Source: Rhynchobatus australiae
Lineage: Eukaryota
DNA: 64,000 nt
Assembly: GCA_034780895.1 (NCBI GenBank)
Contig: JAUZTB010000017.1
Location: 38,413,268-38,477,267, forward strand
Direction: 5' to 3'
The notes beneath the pieces are model-generated. The model made no database searches. It was not told the origin of the DNA and saw only the letters and a program-made list of their open reading frames with translations. Below, in pieces: positions 36,351 to 49,161 of the stretch. The translations under genes and the position numbers were made by a program. Each line of letters begins with the position of its first letter. The first letter of the stretch is position 1.

Positions 36351-39300
36351 CAGAGAAGTGTTTCCATGATTGAGCTTCAATTCCCTGTACACACCAGAGA
36401 GAAACCAGCTGTCTCCTTAATGTTGGATGAAACTAAATAAAGCATCTTAAATTTGAAACATATTGTTCACAGTGATGATTTTTAAAAAAAAAGGTTGCAG
36501 TGAGAAATGGTGGATTGCAATGCCGATTTTTATGCCTCAGAATATCTGGCATTATTGCTTTAATCATCGACATAATGAGACAGGATGTCCGATCCCAAAA
36601 GGGAGATGGTTGCAAACTGAACTGTTTATACTATGTGTGTTTTGGTCTGTGAAAAGAATTATGGAAGGAATATAATAACTGAAGTAATGGGATCATGTTC
36701 CAGTGAAACTTAAATTGGATTTTCATTTGCAGTAATTAAGAGGTTGTTTTGTTCACATTCTGGCACCAGCACTTGAAACCTAATAGTTGAAGAGTATATT
36801 TATGTCATGGTGCAAGATAATCCTTTGTTAAGTTTGCTGCACTACTCGATTTACATGCCTGATATTTAAACCTGGGGTTTTATGTTCATTAATATTATAG
36901 GAGGATATAGTACATTAGCCCAATAAATTACTTATGATTTAATTTTATAGTTTAATGCTGCCTTTTATAGACAAAGATTTAAAGGACACTGTAAACTCTG
37001 ACTTCCAAATAAAACAAAGAATTAACCTGCAAGCCTATTTTAATTACTGAAACTTTTGCCCTACTAGGAAATGATGGCGTCAGCTGTTTGCACAACAAAG
37101 CAGTAACACCTTTGTTTCAAAACCTGCAGTGGCCCTTTGGACTTTGAAATTGTCCATGTCCATTGTAGACTGCAGCTTCCAACACTTTTAACGAAGGAAG
37201 TTGTTTGTGTTTGGCAACGTGCTTTTATAGCCATTAGCATGTTAGTCTTCAGCAGATAATGAACCTGCAGAGTTAATTGCAAGGCAACGATTTTAATAAA
37301 TTGATCAAAAGCTGTGCTGAGCTTCAATTCCCAATAAGCATAGGAGGGAGAAGTGGAATCTTAGAGGACACAACTCTCTCTGGTAATTTATTACCTAAAT
37401 GCTATTAAGTTATCTTTATCCTGCTTTCTAATAATTCTTCTGCTTGTGCCCAGTTTGTGCAGAATTGTTATTGTGATGTGCTATGGTTTTATGTACTCAA
37501 ACTATCGGCAAACTGATCTATCTTTGTAGTCATTTTTAAGTGTATGGGAAATTTTGTTCGTTGTGTTTGCTTGTAGGCATCAATATATCTATGACTATTC
37601 ACAGCAGAACCAGGATCTCTGAAATATTGAAAGTCCCATAAATATCAAATTACACAAAACCACAAGCCAAATCAAATGGTCACAAGTTCAAATCCCACCA
37701 TTGNNNNNNNNNNNNNNNNNNNNNNNNNNNNNNNNNNNNNNNNNNNNNNNNNNNNNNNNNNNNNNNNNNNNNNNNNNNNNNNNNNNNNNNNNNNNNNNNN
37801 NNNGAGTAACTGGGCTCTGAGTTGTAAGCGGGTGCAGTGCCTTTCAATTGAGTTGGCAATTGGAGCCAGGAAAGCAACTCCAGTAATTGAAATCATTGTT
37901 ACTATGAAAGAGGTGGGACGAGATGACAACAAATGGGCTGTGAAGAGCTGGAGCTTGTATGTAAGGTTTTTTTAAATTCTGCTTGGCGGTTCATCCTTTT
38001 TTTTTGTTTTGTCAGTGATCTGTTGTTATTTGAGTAATCGTCCTCTTGAGCCCAAGTAAAAGCTGTTGTGGGCACAAGACAGGAAGCACGATTATTGGCA
38101 AGTGGTTCAACTTACCGTGCATCGGAGTGGCAGGGATGATGCATATCGCCACATGCTGCAGTGCTAATGTCAGAGGCTGATAGAACCTGGTTAATTCAAC
38201 TGAAATGGGTAACAGTTCTTGTTTTCACTTTCTATGTTTATTCCGTGAATCCTTTTGTACTTTGTGATTGCTTGTGTTTGTCAAGTCAGTAGGGCAATAA
38301 ATGTTTTTTGGTTAGTGTACCCTGTGGCTCAATGTCGGTGTAATGTTTAGTAAAGGTCCAAATGTCTCCCACAGTAGTATTAAATTAACTAAATTAAAAA
38401 TTAGCTGCCGCACACACAGCTCTTGATGCAGTGAAGTGATCAGGAGTTCATGGTACTAGTCTAGGGTGTGTGTGTGGCCATAGTAAGGAGGTTTAGGTTC
38501 ACTTTTATTGCAATCTATACAGGATGTCATCATATTTTAATAATGGTAAAATTATTCCATCCCAATCCATTTTTGGACATATTCAGCTGAGCTGCAGTTT
38601 GTCTGATATTTCTGAATCAGCTCAAATTGGATCACTTCCTCAGTCAGTGCTATTTAAAGGTCACCTTCACATTCGTTAAGTATGCTTCAGTAACTTGTAA
38701 TGTACAATGGAGAGCCTTTACTTAATTAACAGAGTAACATTTCTGAAAGATTACACCACAAAACTAAATAGACCAAAACTAAATAGTATGTCACTTTCAT
38801 GTTTTGGCTACAAACACAAATATCAAAGATAAACACTAAGACATTTGCATTGAAGGTAAATAATTCAAAGTACCAAATAAGGATAATAAGCATTACACAT
38901 TTACCGTGTACATAGTAGACTATATTTATTCTCAATGGATTTACAAATGCAAGCCTGCTTTGAAAATTGTAACATACAGCAGCAAGATTGGATTATGTTT
39001 CTTTGCCATATTTTCAGTGACTCCTTGGCTTTACAGCTATTTTGCTGAGTCCCATTACTCATTACAGTTTATGTTTGAACCCTGTCATTAAAACAGTCAT
39101 CAGCTACTGAACAAATATACAGTAATTAAATAGGAATTGTGGCTTATTTCATGCAGTGTTTGATGTCCTGGCTGCCTTTTATAGTACGATATGAAAGAAA
39201 ATATGAACTTCTGTGTTGTCAAACAATGTGCTTAATGATTACTAATCTCTCTGATCTTTTGCAACTGTTTTGCTTAAGTGCTTGAAACCAATCTCAAATA

Positions 39301-41002
39301 GTCATGTTCCAGGCCGTTCTTATTTAGTTCCGGAATATTCCACAAGATTGCAAAAGGTGTTTGAATTCCTTTCCTTGAATGTGGCATTGGTGTAACTGAC
39401 ATGAGTTGCATACCCTAGGGCATTGCTTGTATGGTATGAGCATGTCAATGCTATCAATAGACAAGTACAGAGTGAGATTTATAGTAGGTTGGGCCCTTCT
39501 AGGCAATAATGCGCTAAATATTAAAACATAGCAGAGAGGTATTTGCTAGTATCAAGCAATGAAACTTCAGGTATGGCCTAGTATGGAAGGAGCACTGTAC
39601 ATTCAACCTGATTTATAACAAGCATTTCACCTTTTACTATGTGTGCACAGGAGGTTAAAACAACAACCTTACAAACATAAATTTGATCACCACCCTTCTA
39701 GCTACAGTTCAAATACATTTTTGCAAGAGAGTCACCTCTGGATTATTTATGGATCTTTTACTGCTTTGGAAAAGCAGAAACGTATCCATTGCAGGATTGG
39801 AAAATTGAAGAGTACCACGTAAATGCCCCCGTAGGAAGTGACTGGAATCTAGCAAGGTTCACTTGGATTTGCTGCAATGAAATCCAGCTGCAGCAAAACA
39901 GTAACACTTCCACCCCTGTGCATCTGCTCTTCAGCTGTCTGTTATACATCTCTTCCAATTTCCATTTCACTGGAATTCAGTAGGTGGTTGAGTCTATCTG
40001 TTGTACGCAATTACTCAAAATCAAAATTAGCACGCAAGATCTCCATCGTTTTAGGTGATCTAAGCACATTAGCATCAATGGCTTGACTCAGCATCAAGGA
40101 AGAAATAGCTTTGTTTGCAAGAAGCACGGTGTAAAGGTTTGGTTTGGAGCCCACTCTCTGTTACTGGGCAAAGTTACCAAGTCCACCTGTACAACAGTGG
40201 AAGGCCAGATTTGCTATAACATTGACATCGTGATTAAGGACCTGCCATTATCAACACGTAGGTGTCCGACTATGAATCTTCTTCGATGAGTTTACGGGCC
40301 ACTGCATTTTGAACTCTGGTCAAAGGGGAGCCAAGGACACCAGTGGGTGGTGACCGAAGAATGTGAAATGGTAGTTCCTTGCCGTAGGAAACCAAATGCT
40401 GACAGTCTTGAACATGATGCTACAGTGATTGAGGACTACAGTTTACAACTGAGTGACAAGGCTGCTGTTCTGTCAAAGCACGAGTTGCTGTTATGAGCAA
40501 AGTGTTTTTTTTAAAATGCCATGTGAATTTCAAAAATTAAAAGCAAAATGTCATCAATGTGATAACTTTCTCTTTTTGCAATTTCAGCTGAAGAAAATGT
40601 GCTTTGTTCAATATTTTGTAGAGCAAGTTATTTATAGCAGCAAAGTCGTACAGCTGCACAGAATGCACGTGCTTGTTAATGGAGATGCATTCATTGCAAT
40701 TTGCACTTGTCTCTCTCTGGAACCTGCAGTTTCCGTGCAAAATGCAGGGTTACACTGGGAATGGCTATTAAATCCACACCTGTATTTTCAGTAGGAAAGC
40801 CATGGTGTGCTAATCATCATGCCTTGTGTGTAAGTGGCTTAATTAAGAAAATGCATCTGTCTTAATGCTGGGTTGATTTGACCAGTGTAAACATACAGTG
40901 ATGTCAGTGCAGATTCATAAACATGATAAATTTATCTTGTAGATGGTTTTTCTTGCTGTTTTTTTGGCTTCTGAAAATTATTCCCCTCTTTATCGATTTC
41001 AG

Positions 41003-41121
41003 CACTAAATCTCAAAGGCCGACCTCGGAAGAAGAAGGCCTGCTCCCAGAAGCGGGATGCACAAGCTCTCAATGGCTTGAGGGATTCCAATGAGGATTCA
41101 GATGGAAAGAGCAATCCCAAG
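41003..41121 (+). CDS. ARID5B: ARID5B internal coding exon (human exon 5 equivalent), 119 nt, phase 1 to 0
   Basis: Acceptor ttcccctctttatcgatttcag| and donor AAG|gtatgg. Translates (A)LNLKGRPRKKKACSQKRDAQALNGLRDSNEDSDGKSNPK, matching recalled vertebrate ARID5B APNLKGRPRKKKPCPQRRDS...DSNNNSDGKAVAK. Splices in frame to the exon at 42348. Confidence 0.93.
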
Positions 41122-41312
41122 GTATGGTCCAGTTCATCACTTCAACTTGTATATCCTGTGATGTCTCGACCCAGTTATTCATCGTTCCAATGTTTGCTAA
41201 CATACCTTGGCTCCTATTTAAGCAGTATCTGACTTTAAAAGTCTCATTGAACCTTTCCACCTTCTCTTCCCGTCTCACATCTCTGTAATCTACTTCACCC
41301 CTACTACCAAGA

Positions 41313-41665
41313 CTCATGGAGAGTTATGTAGCACCAAAATAGATCCTTTGGCCCACCGAGTCCTTGAAACCAGCAAGCACCCATTTACGTTAATCCCATT
41401 TTATTCTCCACCCTTCCCCCCCCCCCCCACATTCCCATCAACTCCCCCAGATTTTATCCCACACCTACACACTAGAGGCAACCCACAGTGACCAATCAAC
41501 TCACCAACCTGCACACCCTTGGGACATGGGAGGAAACCAGTGCACCTGGGGACCACACGGCCACAGGTATTACTTGAAGACTCCACACAGGCAGGGCAGC
41601 ACTGGAGGCCAGGGTTGGTGGCATTGCAGAGTAGTGGCCCCTCCCAGCTAGCTGTTCCATTCACC
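41313..41665 (-). mobile_element. tRNA-derived SINE in the ARID5B exon 5-6 intron
   Basis: cctttggcccaccgagtcc tail, acacctacacactagaggcaa, gggacatgggaggaaaccagtgcacctgggg, actccacacaggcag. Confidence 0.82.
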
Positions 41666-41866
41666 CATCTGCACTAAAGCAAATTACTTGGCTGTCCTCA
41701 ATATCTGGGCTCCCCTAATACTGGTCACATGATTGTACCTAGATTATTGCTTGTGCCTTTTCCCAGCAAGGTCTTAATCTCTGGAGTTCCCTCAATGAGT
41801 TTGTTGCTTCACCATCCCTTTCCTGTTTGAAGAGGCACCTCGACATCTGCTGCCTTAATATGCCTT

Positions 41867-42076
41867 GAGCAAAAAACAAAGTGCTGGAGGGAAATGGGCA
41901 TTTGACGTTTCAGGTCAAGACCCACCATTTGGACTGGTGCGCCCAATCCAGATGGTGGGTCTTGACCCGAAATATCAACCGTCCATTTCCCTCCGCAGAT
42001 ACTGCCTGACCTGCTGAGTTCCTCCAGCAGTTGGTTTTTTGCTCCAGATTCCAGCATCTGCAACCTCTTGCGTCTC
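41867..42076. mobile_element. Fold-back Penelope-terminus insertion with 16-bp TSD
   Basis: Inverted arms centred near 41940. TSD tgccttaatatgcctt (41851-41866) vs tgtcttaatattcctt (42077-42092), 14/16 identical. Confidence 0.8.
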
Positions 42077-42347
42077 TGTCTTAATATTCCTTTATGTAGC
42101 TCATTGTCAAGTTTTATTTGATCACATTTTGTTAAAGGCACTGTATAAAAAACACTTTGTTCTTTGATTGGAAAGTGCTTTGGAAAATCTTGAAGCTGTA
42201 AATAAATGAAAGCGTTTTGAACTATCAGAAGTGCTTTACATAGCAATATTAAGAAATAATAACCTACGGGTTCCATGTAAACTTTGAATCCAACTATGAT
42301 GCGTCAATCACTACTGTTACAAATTCTGTGTGTATTTTCCATCTCAG

Positions 42348-42552
42348 TCGAAATGTGAGCCCAAAACCACGATGGCAAAACCCAAGAATAACAACAGCAA
42401 CTGCAAAAATATTGCAGCTGATGAAAAATCAAAGGTTGCAGCGGGCGATGAATGCAGAGCAGAGGAACAGGCTTTCCTTGTCACTCTTTACAAGTATATG
42501 AAAGAAAGAAATACTCCAATAGAAAGGATACCCTATCTTGGATTTAAACAAA
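42348..42552 (+). CDS. ARID5B: ARID5B coding exon (exon 6 equivalent), 205 nt, phase 0 to 1; start of the ARID domain
   Basis: Acceptor tattttccatctcag| and donor A|gtaagt. Translates SKCEPKTTMAKPKNNNSNCKNIAADEKSKVAAGDECRAEEQAFLVTLYKYMKERNTPIERIPYLGFKQ. EQAFL..LYKYMKER.TPIERIPYLGFKQ is the ARID5 ARID-domain N-terminus, and the upstream KCE..KPKNN part is ARID5B-like. Confidence 0.97.
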
Positions 42553-44769
42553 GTAAGTGTGACCTCCTTTTATGACATCTTCCAAGAATTCATGACATCT
42601 GAAATGAGTAAAAAATTTATTTTATATCATCAGATAGATGCTCTGACTGGGAAAGATCAGGTGATGCATTATATTATTAATTTAAAGAATCTTTTGTACC
42701 AGGAGCAGACTATTATCAGCAAGCAGGCTGTTGCAGTGAATGTAACTTGATGACCTTGTAAACTGGTTTGAATTTGTTTCTGGTCATCAGCTGGCATTTC
42801 CACACACAGTTTCTGTTGAAATGCTCTAATTTAGAGCCACTTGAAAGCCATGTGCAGAGAAGAATGAGGTTTCTCCTGGCATTGTTTATTCAATAAAGTG
42901 GAAAAATTTTGCTACCCCCACAAAAGGGAATGTGTAGTGTAACACGAATGGAATTATCCCCTGTATTTAGTTTATCACCAGGGGTACGAGCCCCTTCAGT
43001 GAAGGAGTTGAAATCTGTAGTGGCCATTGCTGGGGTCCATTCTCGCACATTGAAAATGTGTTTATTGCTCATTAAGACTTCGTTAAAGCCAGTCATGAGA
43101 AGTATGTGCAGAATTATATAGCTCAACAAACTCAAAATATTCAGCCTGGTCATCCCAGTAAGCAAAGAGGCAGCCTGTGTCCCTATGACCATTGCTGGGT
43201 TTCTTAGAGGAAAGGCTAACTTGGAAGTTCAAAGGCCCTTCAGTACCACCCCAGTGGCACCTGGGACTTCACACGGCATCATATGTTCCAAACAGACCCC
43301 TATCAAACTGCAAACAACCAACCAGTACCCTCACTTTCTGTAACATGTGCACCTGAAAGACCATTACTGGAGGTCACGGAGTATGCAGGAAACTGCCAGT
43401 TGTCAAGAATAAAGTCCTGCCATGCTTTGTGTCCAGTTACACAAGTTGAGTCTGAGTAACAGCAGACAATGGCTGTGTTAGCCAAGTCGTTAGCAAGTTG
43501 CTGGTGTTTCTGGGGTGCAAGGGATTGTGTGACTGCTTTTATGCATTCACTTCCCTGTGTAACAGCTCTGTAGCACATCTAACTCAAGTGGGCTCTTGAT
43601 TCATTGTATGCACACCTTGTGCGTGATGGGACACAACAGCAACCAATTTCCTGATTGTAGAGTAGATGGTCAGCTACATTATCAGTTCTTTGAACTTCAA
43701 AGGGCTTCTTTCTGAGGTAAGTCTTTCTGTAAAATGATACCAGGTTACTGTACTACTCCATTGTTGATTCTTAAGGAAGACCATCAATGTCATCTGTTTA
43801 CAGGAAGTCATTGATCCTAACCTGGAAGGCCTCTTGCTCTCAAGGGCTGGCCATGGTCTTGCATTGTGGATCCTCAAACAAGATGGTCAGAATGTGTCCA
43901 GCATTGTGATGCCTTCTGCAGGTCGTCACTGGTGTTGTCCCTTTTAGAGGACTTGGTTCAGACTACCAGTCTCAGACACCAAGTGCGAGGTTGCAATGCA
44001 CTCCTTCCTGCTTGACTTACCCTTGCTGTCAAGCTCAAGGAGTTGACTTGCTCTTGTTGCTCTAATTCAATGAAGTTCTACCCAAGTCTGTGTCCTTGAA
44101 GTGAATAAATAGGTTTTTTTTTCTATTTGGAGTGTTGAGAGGGATAGAAACTAGATCTAAGTGGATTGCCAAATGAGCTGATAGGTTGAATTGCTTGCTC
44201 CTAGATACACGCCATCTTTACTGCTTCTGTACTATTGCCCTGGCACTCTGATTGCACAGAAGCATCATTAATAATTCTGCTTTAGTCGCATTTGTGCGGC
44301 AGCTTGATCTGAGGATGGTTGGGTTGTCACGGTGCACTCCAACGTTACGGTTCCGTTGGAAGACACCACATTCTCTTTGCCTTAAGAACCATTAAGTGAA
44401 TCATTGGTCTGGTCCTCTGCACTACTCCTCTTCACCCGGACATTTGATTCACTTGGCCTTGGGTACTTGTCTCCAAATGAATGTTTTGACACACTGCCTG
44501 TGCACAATCCCATTTGGGCTTCTCCGCATAACATATTGTCACAAGCTTCGACTAACCATAGAGCATAATCCATTCCAAAACTCACGGACTCTCTGAATTT
44601 TCACCTTCCAAATTCATTCCACCATTGAAGTCCTGTCTGTCCCTACATGTGCAAATAAGAATTGGAAGGTAAAACTAAAGTTTGCTTGATGGTGACTATG
44701 AATAGCAGCCAGGAGAAGACAGNNNNNNNNNNACAGTCCTAAACAGGAGTAATAAAAAAAAAATTCTCA

Positions 44770-45050
44770 TTTGAGATTTGAATGTCGCTGGAAGACTCGT
44801 GTGTTGTCCATCCTTTGTATTGAATCGCCTGCTTGGTCATTTCAGCAGACAACTGAGACTCAACGGGCTAGTGTAGGCTTGAATCAGATTTTAGGCCAGA
44901 TTGGGTGAGGATGGCTGTCTTTATGCCATGTAGGATATTAATTAGATTTTCCAATTTTATAAAACTGAATTCAGATTCTCAATTCTGGCATTGTGGGGTT
45001 TGGACTTTTATTTGGATCACTAGTTCAGTAACATAACCATCACACACTTG
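44770..45050 (-). mobile_element. Old SINE with CR1-type tail
   Basis: taggccagattgggtgaggatggc..aactgaattcagattctc..ggatcactagttcagtaacataacca. Confidence 0.5.
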
Positions 45051-47859
45051 TATCTATAACTAATTCTTGTGCACACCTTTCACCACGCTGTCTCCATATG
45101 AGTGGAACTTGTTTTAGTTTATAGTGTAAGTAGATTGATAACTCCAGCTGAGTAATTGGCAATGAAGATTACTTCAGTGCAAATGGGTGTTTTGAGATCA
45201 CCCCTAATTTCCCCTTTTAAAAAGAATTAAGGATGTAAAGTGCAATTTGTTTTATCTTTGATCTGTGGAGCCTCTGAATGGTATTACCAGAGAAACTCAT
45301 ACTACTTAGAGCTTGCTGTGAGTCTCCTCAGGGTACTCATCAACAAAATGAGAGCATTCATATCTTGTTCTACTGCAGGCTGTACTGAAGCTCTTACGTG
45401 ATGGGATTCAAGTGAGACTTAAGATCATGATAAGTCCAATAAAAACCATCTAAATGTAACTAATGTCTTTAGAGTTGCCTGATGTTCTCCAAAATTATAC
45501 ATGCATCCCCTTTTTTATTTAACAGCTAGTAATATAATTGATAATGCAAGTGCTTTGTAATAGTAGAGCCTGCTGAAGGCTTTAAATGATTCTGTGTTGT
45601 CCTATTTGTCCTTTTCATGCCTTGGTGCTTGCTGACTTTCTGGGGATGCAGAGAGTGTCATTTGCCTCCCGTCAGAATCCCCATTAATTCATCAAAAGCT
45701 CACACTTACTCCTCTCGCTTCTCTTTTTGATGATCCCCTGNNNNNNNNNNNNNNNNNNNNNNNNNNNNNNNNNNNNNNNTGTGAGCCCAGGTCAAAGTTA
45801 CCAGCAATCTGCCCTGCAATATGAAACTTCATCACGTTACCCTATTTTGTTCTCAGCTTGCCCGTAAGCTTCAATGTACTCGGTTATTCCATTGTCCCTG
45901 TGCCTCATCACCTAGTCTACCATGGTCCACTTCCTGTATCCAGCCCAATTTCTCCCCATGTTGCCAGCACATTAAGCTCAGTGGTCCTCTGCTCTGCTCT
46001 CTGGTCATCCAGCCTCTGGATCACCTGAAGATCTCGCTTCCTATTCCCCAATTACATATTATTGCTTTGTACGGCTTTCAATTGGATACTGATGCCATGC
46101 AGCAATCCTGTTCTCACTCCCACTTGCTCTGTTTTTCTCTTTCACTTTCTGTTCTCTCTTCCTCTCCTGTTCCTGTATTAGCATTGAACAGGTTGTGGAT
46201 GAATCTAGGCTTTTTTTTTCTTAAGTGCATATAAAGAACACTGCATGCACCCCTTTTGTCCTCACACTGCAAGCCCTATTCCTGACCATTCGTTGCTGCC
46301 TGACCAGATCAAAGGAGATGAGATGAGATTCTATATTCTGTTCATCCCTGAGTTGAGCTGCAGACTCTCTATTCCATTACAAAATCTGCTTGCACCTACC
46401 CAGGCAACATCCTGCAGCCCTCCACAACCAGTAATCATTACCTCCCGATATGATGTCGCCATCTTCTTTCTCCCTGTTCTCCAAGCTTTATTCTGTTGTA
46501 TTCATCCAAAGTGCCTGTGTCAATAGTTTTTTTGAGCATTGGGTACTGCTAACCCATTGTAGTACAGTAAACTATCCCGAGCTAAATCAGGTTTAAGCAT
46601 TTTGTTCTTGTTTGCAAATTCACCATGGCCTGCAAGCAGCTACCCAAATTCTCAGCACTTTGTGGAACTACTTCCTCAACCTAATCTGGACTTTTCGGTC
46701 TTGAATCCAACAGGGGAGATTTGATTGACCTACATTTGGTTGAATAGGAAGAGCAGGGTTCTTCACCTTTATGGTTTGAAATAGCAGAGCTGTCTTTAAC
46801 AGCCTCCAGTGTTTGCTCTCTGATCACTTACAAAAACAAAAGGTAGCCACAAATTGGGTTATCACCAGGCATGGATGTACTGCAATTATTTTTAAAGCCA
46901 AACCCAATATTATTTGACTCTTAGTTTAACAGAGCTGTTGAAGAGTATAGCTGTCGAAGAATGTTTTTGGTTCAGGCAGAGAGATTTGTCATAGGATCGA
47001 AACTACACTCTCCCCTATTTTTGTTTTGTGAGAATGGGGTGACCTGAGTATTTCGTTACCAGCTGACCACCTGGTTTATCTGGTAGTTGACTTTTTTTTT
47101 TAGTGTCTGGTACTTTGTGTATCTTGCTTGATGCCTTTTACTTTCGACTTTGATAAGAGACACTATTACACATAATGGCTATAATCCATTATGATAGGAA
47201 TGAGTACATTCATAGTTGTAGAGTTGGACTGATAATACAGCTCCTTGTACCTTCTGCAGTGGGCACTAGGAAACATTAACAAGGTACCTATGCCCTTGAT
47301 TTTGAACACTAGATCTTCCAGCAATACACATGGGGAGAGCAAGTTGTAGTTGAGTAGGTGATTTATTTGTTGTCAGGGGAGATATTGTCTTCTGACACCT
47401 CTTGAAGTCCATATCTGATTTTATTTTTAATTGGGTGGGGGACTAGATGGAGGTATCCCACCATGAAATAACTAGTGCACTGATTAACAAAGCAAGGGCA
47501 GGGGGTCTTGTAATGTGTGGCAGTCTGATGAGGAGTAGAGGACCATCGCAACAAAGCAGAAGATCCACCTCGCTGCAAGACGCGGTGAACAAACTGTGCT
47601 GAGTCACTACACCGTGGTGAATGTGTAAAATCTTTCACCCTGGTAATGTGGTTTGGATAAGGTGGTTCTCAATCATGCATCGGCCATGAAACAAATCTGG
47701 ATCTTGCTGATATTCGTCAGTTGGAGTCAAACTGCAGAGACTCAGACACTTCACCCAGGATGATACAACTGCAGTACTGAGGGGTGATTGTACTGTTAGA
47801 AGTGCTGTTATTTGATTGAGACATTAGATTTATTTTCCACATGAAGTTACCTGTCAATG

Positions 47860-48060
47860 CTGCTTGAAAGGCAGGGAGTTCTCCCAGTACATAGGCCAAT
47901 ATTTATTTCCCAACCAACATCACTGAAACGGGTGATCTGATCGCATTACAGTTTGTGGGAGTTTGCTGAATGCAAGTTGGCTGCCTTTTCTCATGCAGTT
48001 ATAATGGCAGCTACATTTCATATGGACTCCAAAATGGTTTGGAATGTCTCAAGATTGTGA
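47860..48060 (+). mobile_element. DeuSINE/SacSINE1-like 3' half
   Basis: gcagggagttctccc..ggccaatatttatttcccaaccaacatcactgaaacg..gtttgtgggagtttgctg..caagttggctgcc. Confidence 0.65.
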
Positions 48061-49161
48061 TGGATGCTTATAGGAATCCTCAATTTACCTGAAACGCTTG
48101 GGTGCACATTGTGTATCCCTATGTTGATGGCCAAGTTAAAATCGTGAGCTTTGGTGATCCAATACCATTCATTAAATAACCAGAGAAACCGGTTTCTAAG
48201 TAAGGCACATTTTTCTCTAAATTTGATCTCATCCTCTTTGTATGCTACTGTTTTTGCTGCAATGACACTAATGCCAATTGGGATAGCCTGAAAAACTTGA
48301 AGCAATGGTCAAAAAGTGCACAGACATGTGGTACAACAAGACCTGCATGCTGCGGGCCAGCAGTTGCATGCGCGCTCACAGCTGCTACATCATTGCCTTG
48401 GCCACTACAGGGAAGTGAGTTGGAGCTCAAAGAGCTCTGGTCATGGCACCCACAGTTCAGCAGCAGCAAAAGCAGGCGTGGCGGTGAGGGAAGACACAGA
48501 GGACCCTCTGTGTCAGCATCAACCCTGCACTGAACTGGCCGTGAGTGGCCCCGAGCCGCTGCAAGGTCCAGGCTGATTAAGGGGCCCCTGACAACAACGT
48601 GCAGGCAGAAACATCTAAACATGGAGGCTGTGATCAGTGAAGGGAATGTTACGCTGACCATTGTAAACTGAGGTGGGCAGATGCTGGGTGCAAGACGCCA
48701 CTGTCACAGTGCAGACCTGTTGCTGTCTCATTTGCAGTCCCTCTGCAATGGTGCCCCTGTATTGTGCTATAGGCTGTCACACAGAAGCACCAGTTTCTGC
48801 AGGCAGTGGGGGAAATGTATAGCATGTGGCCTGTGATGTCATTGAGTGCCTGGCTGATGGCAGACAAATACCAGCTGTGCACGAAGTGCCCAGCCCAGTT
48901 TCCTGATGGGTATGATCTCTCCTGGAAGTGATTGGTAGCACAATCTACCATGGGCAAAACTGCTTCTATGCATGATGCACACGTTAAAAATGTGTACAAA
49001 TGGGTATAGTTTCTCGTCTGTTCTTATAATTAATATCTCATTATTTGTATTTACAAGAAAAAAGTCATTGGCTAATAGTAACAATATTAACTCTTATAAA
49101 AATACAATCAGTTCCTACTTCTTCTTTCTACAATCCTTACACTTATTGTTCTTTTTAACAG

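Noticed and set aside
40361-40376. gaaATG|gtagtt as an alternative start exon donor
   Set aside because: It would be phase 0, out of frame with the phase-1 acceptor at 41003, and the donor is weak.
41809-42276. 155-aa minus-strand ORF antisense to ARID5B
   Set aside because: It runs through the Penelope fold-back and an L2-like relic; the peptide is translated repeat sequence.
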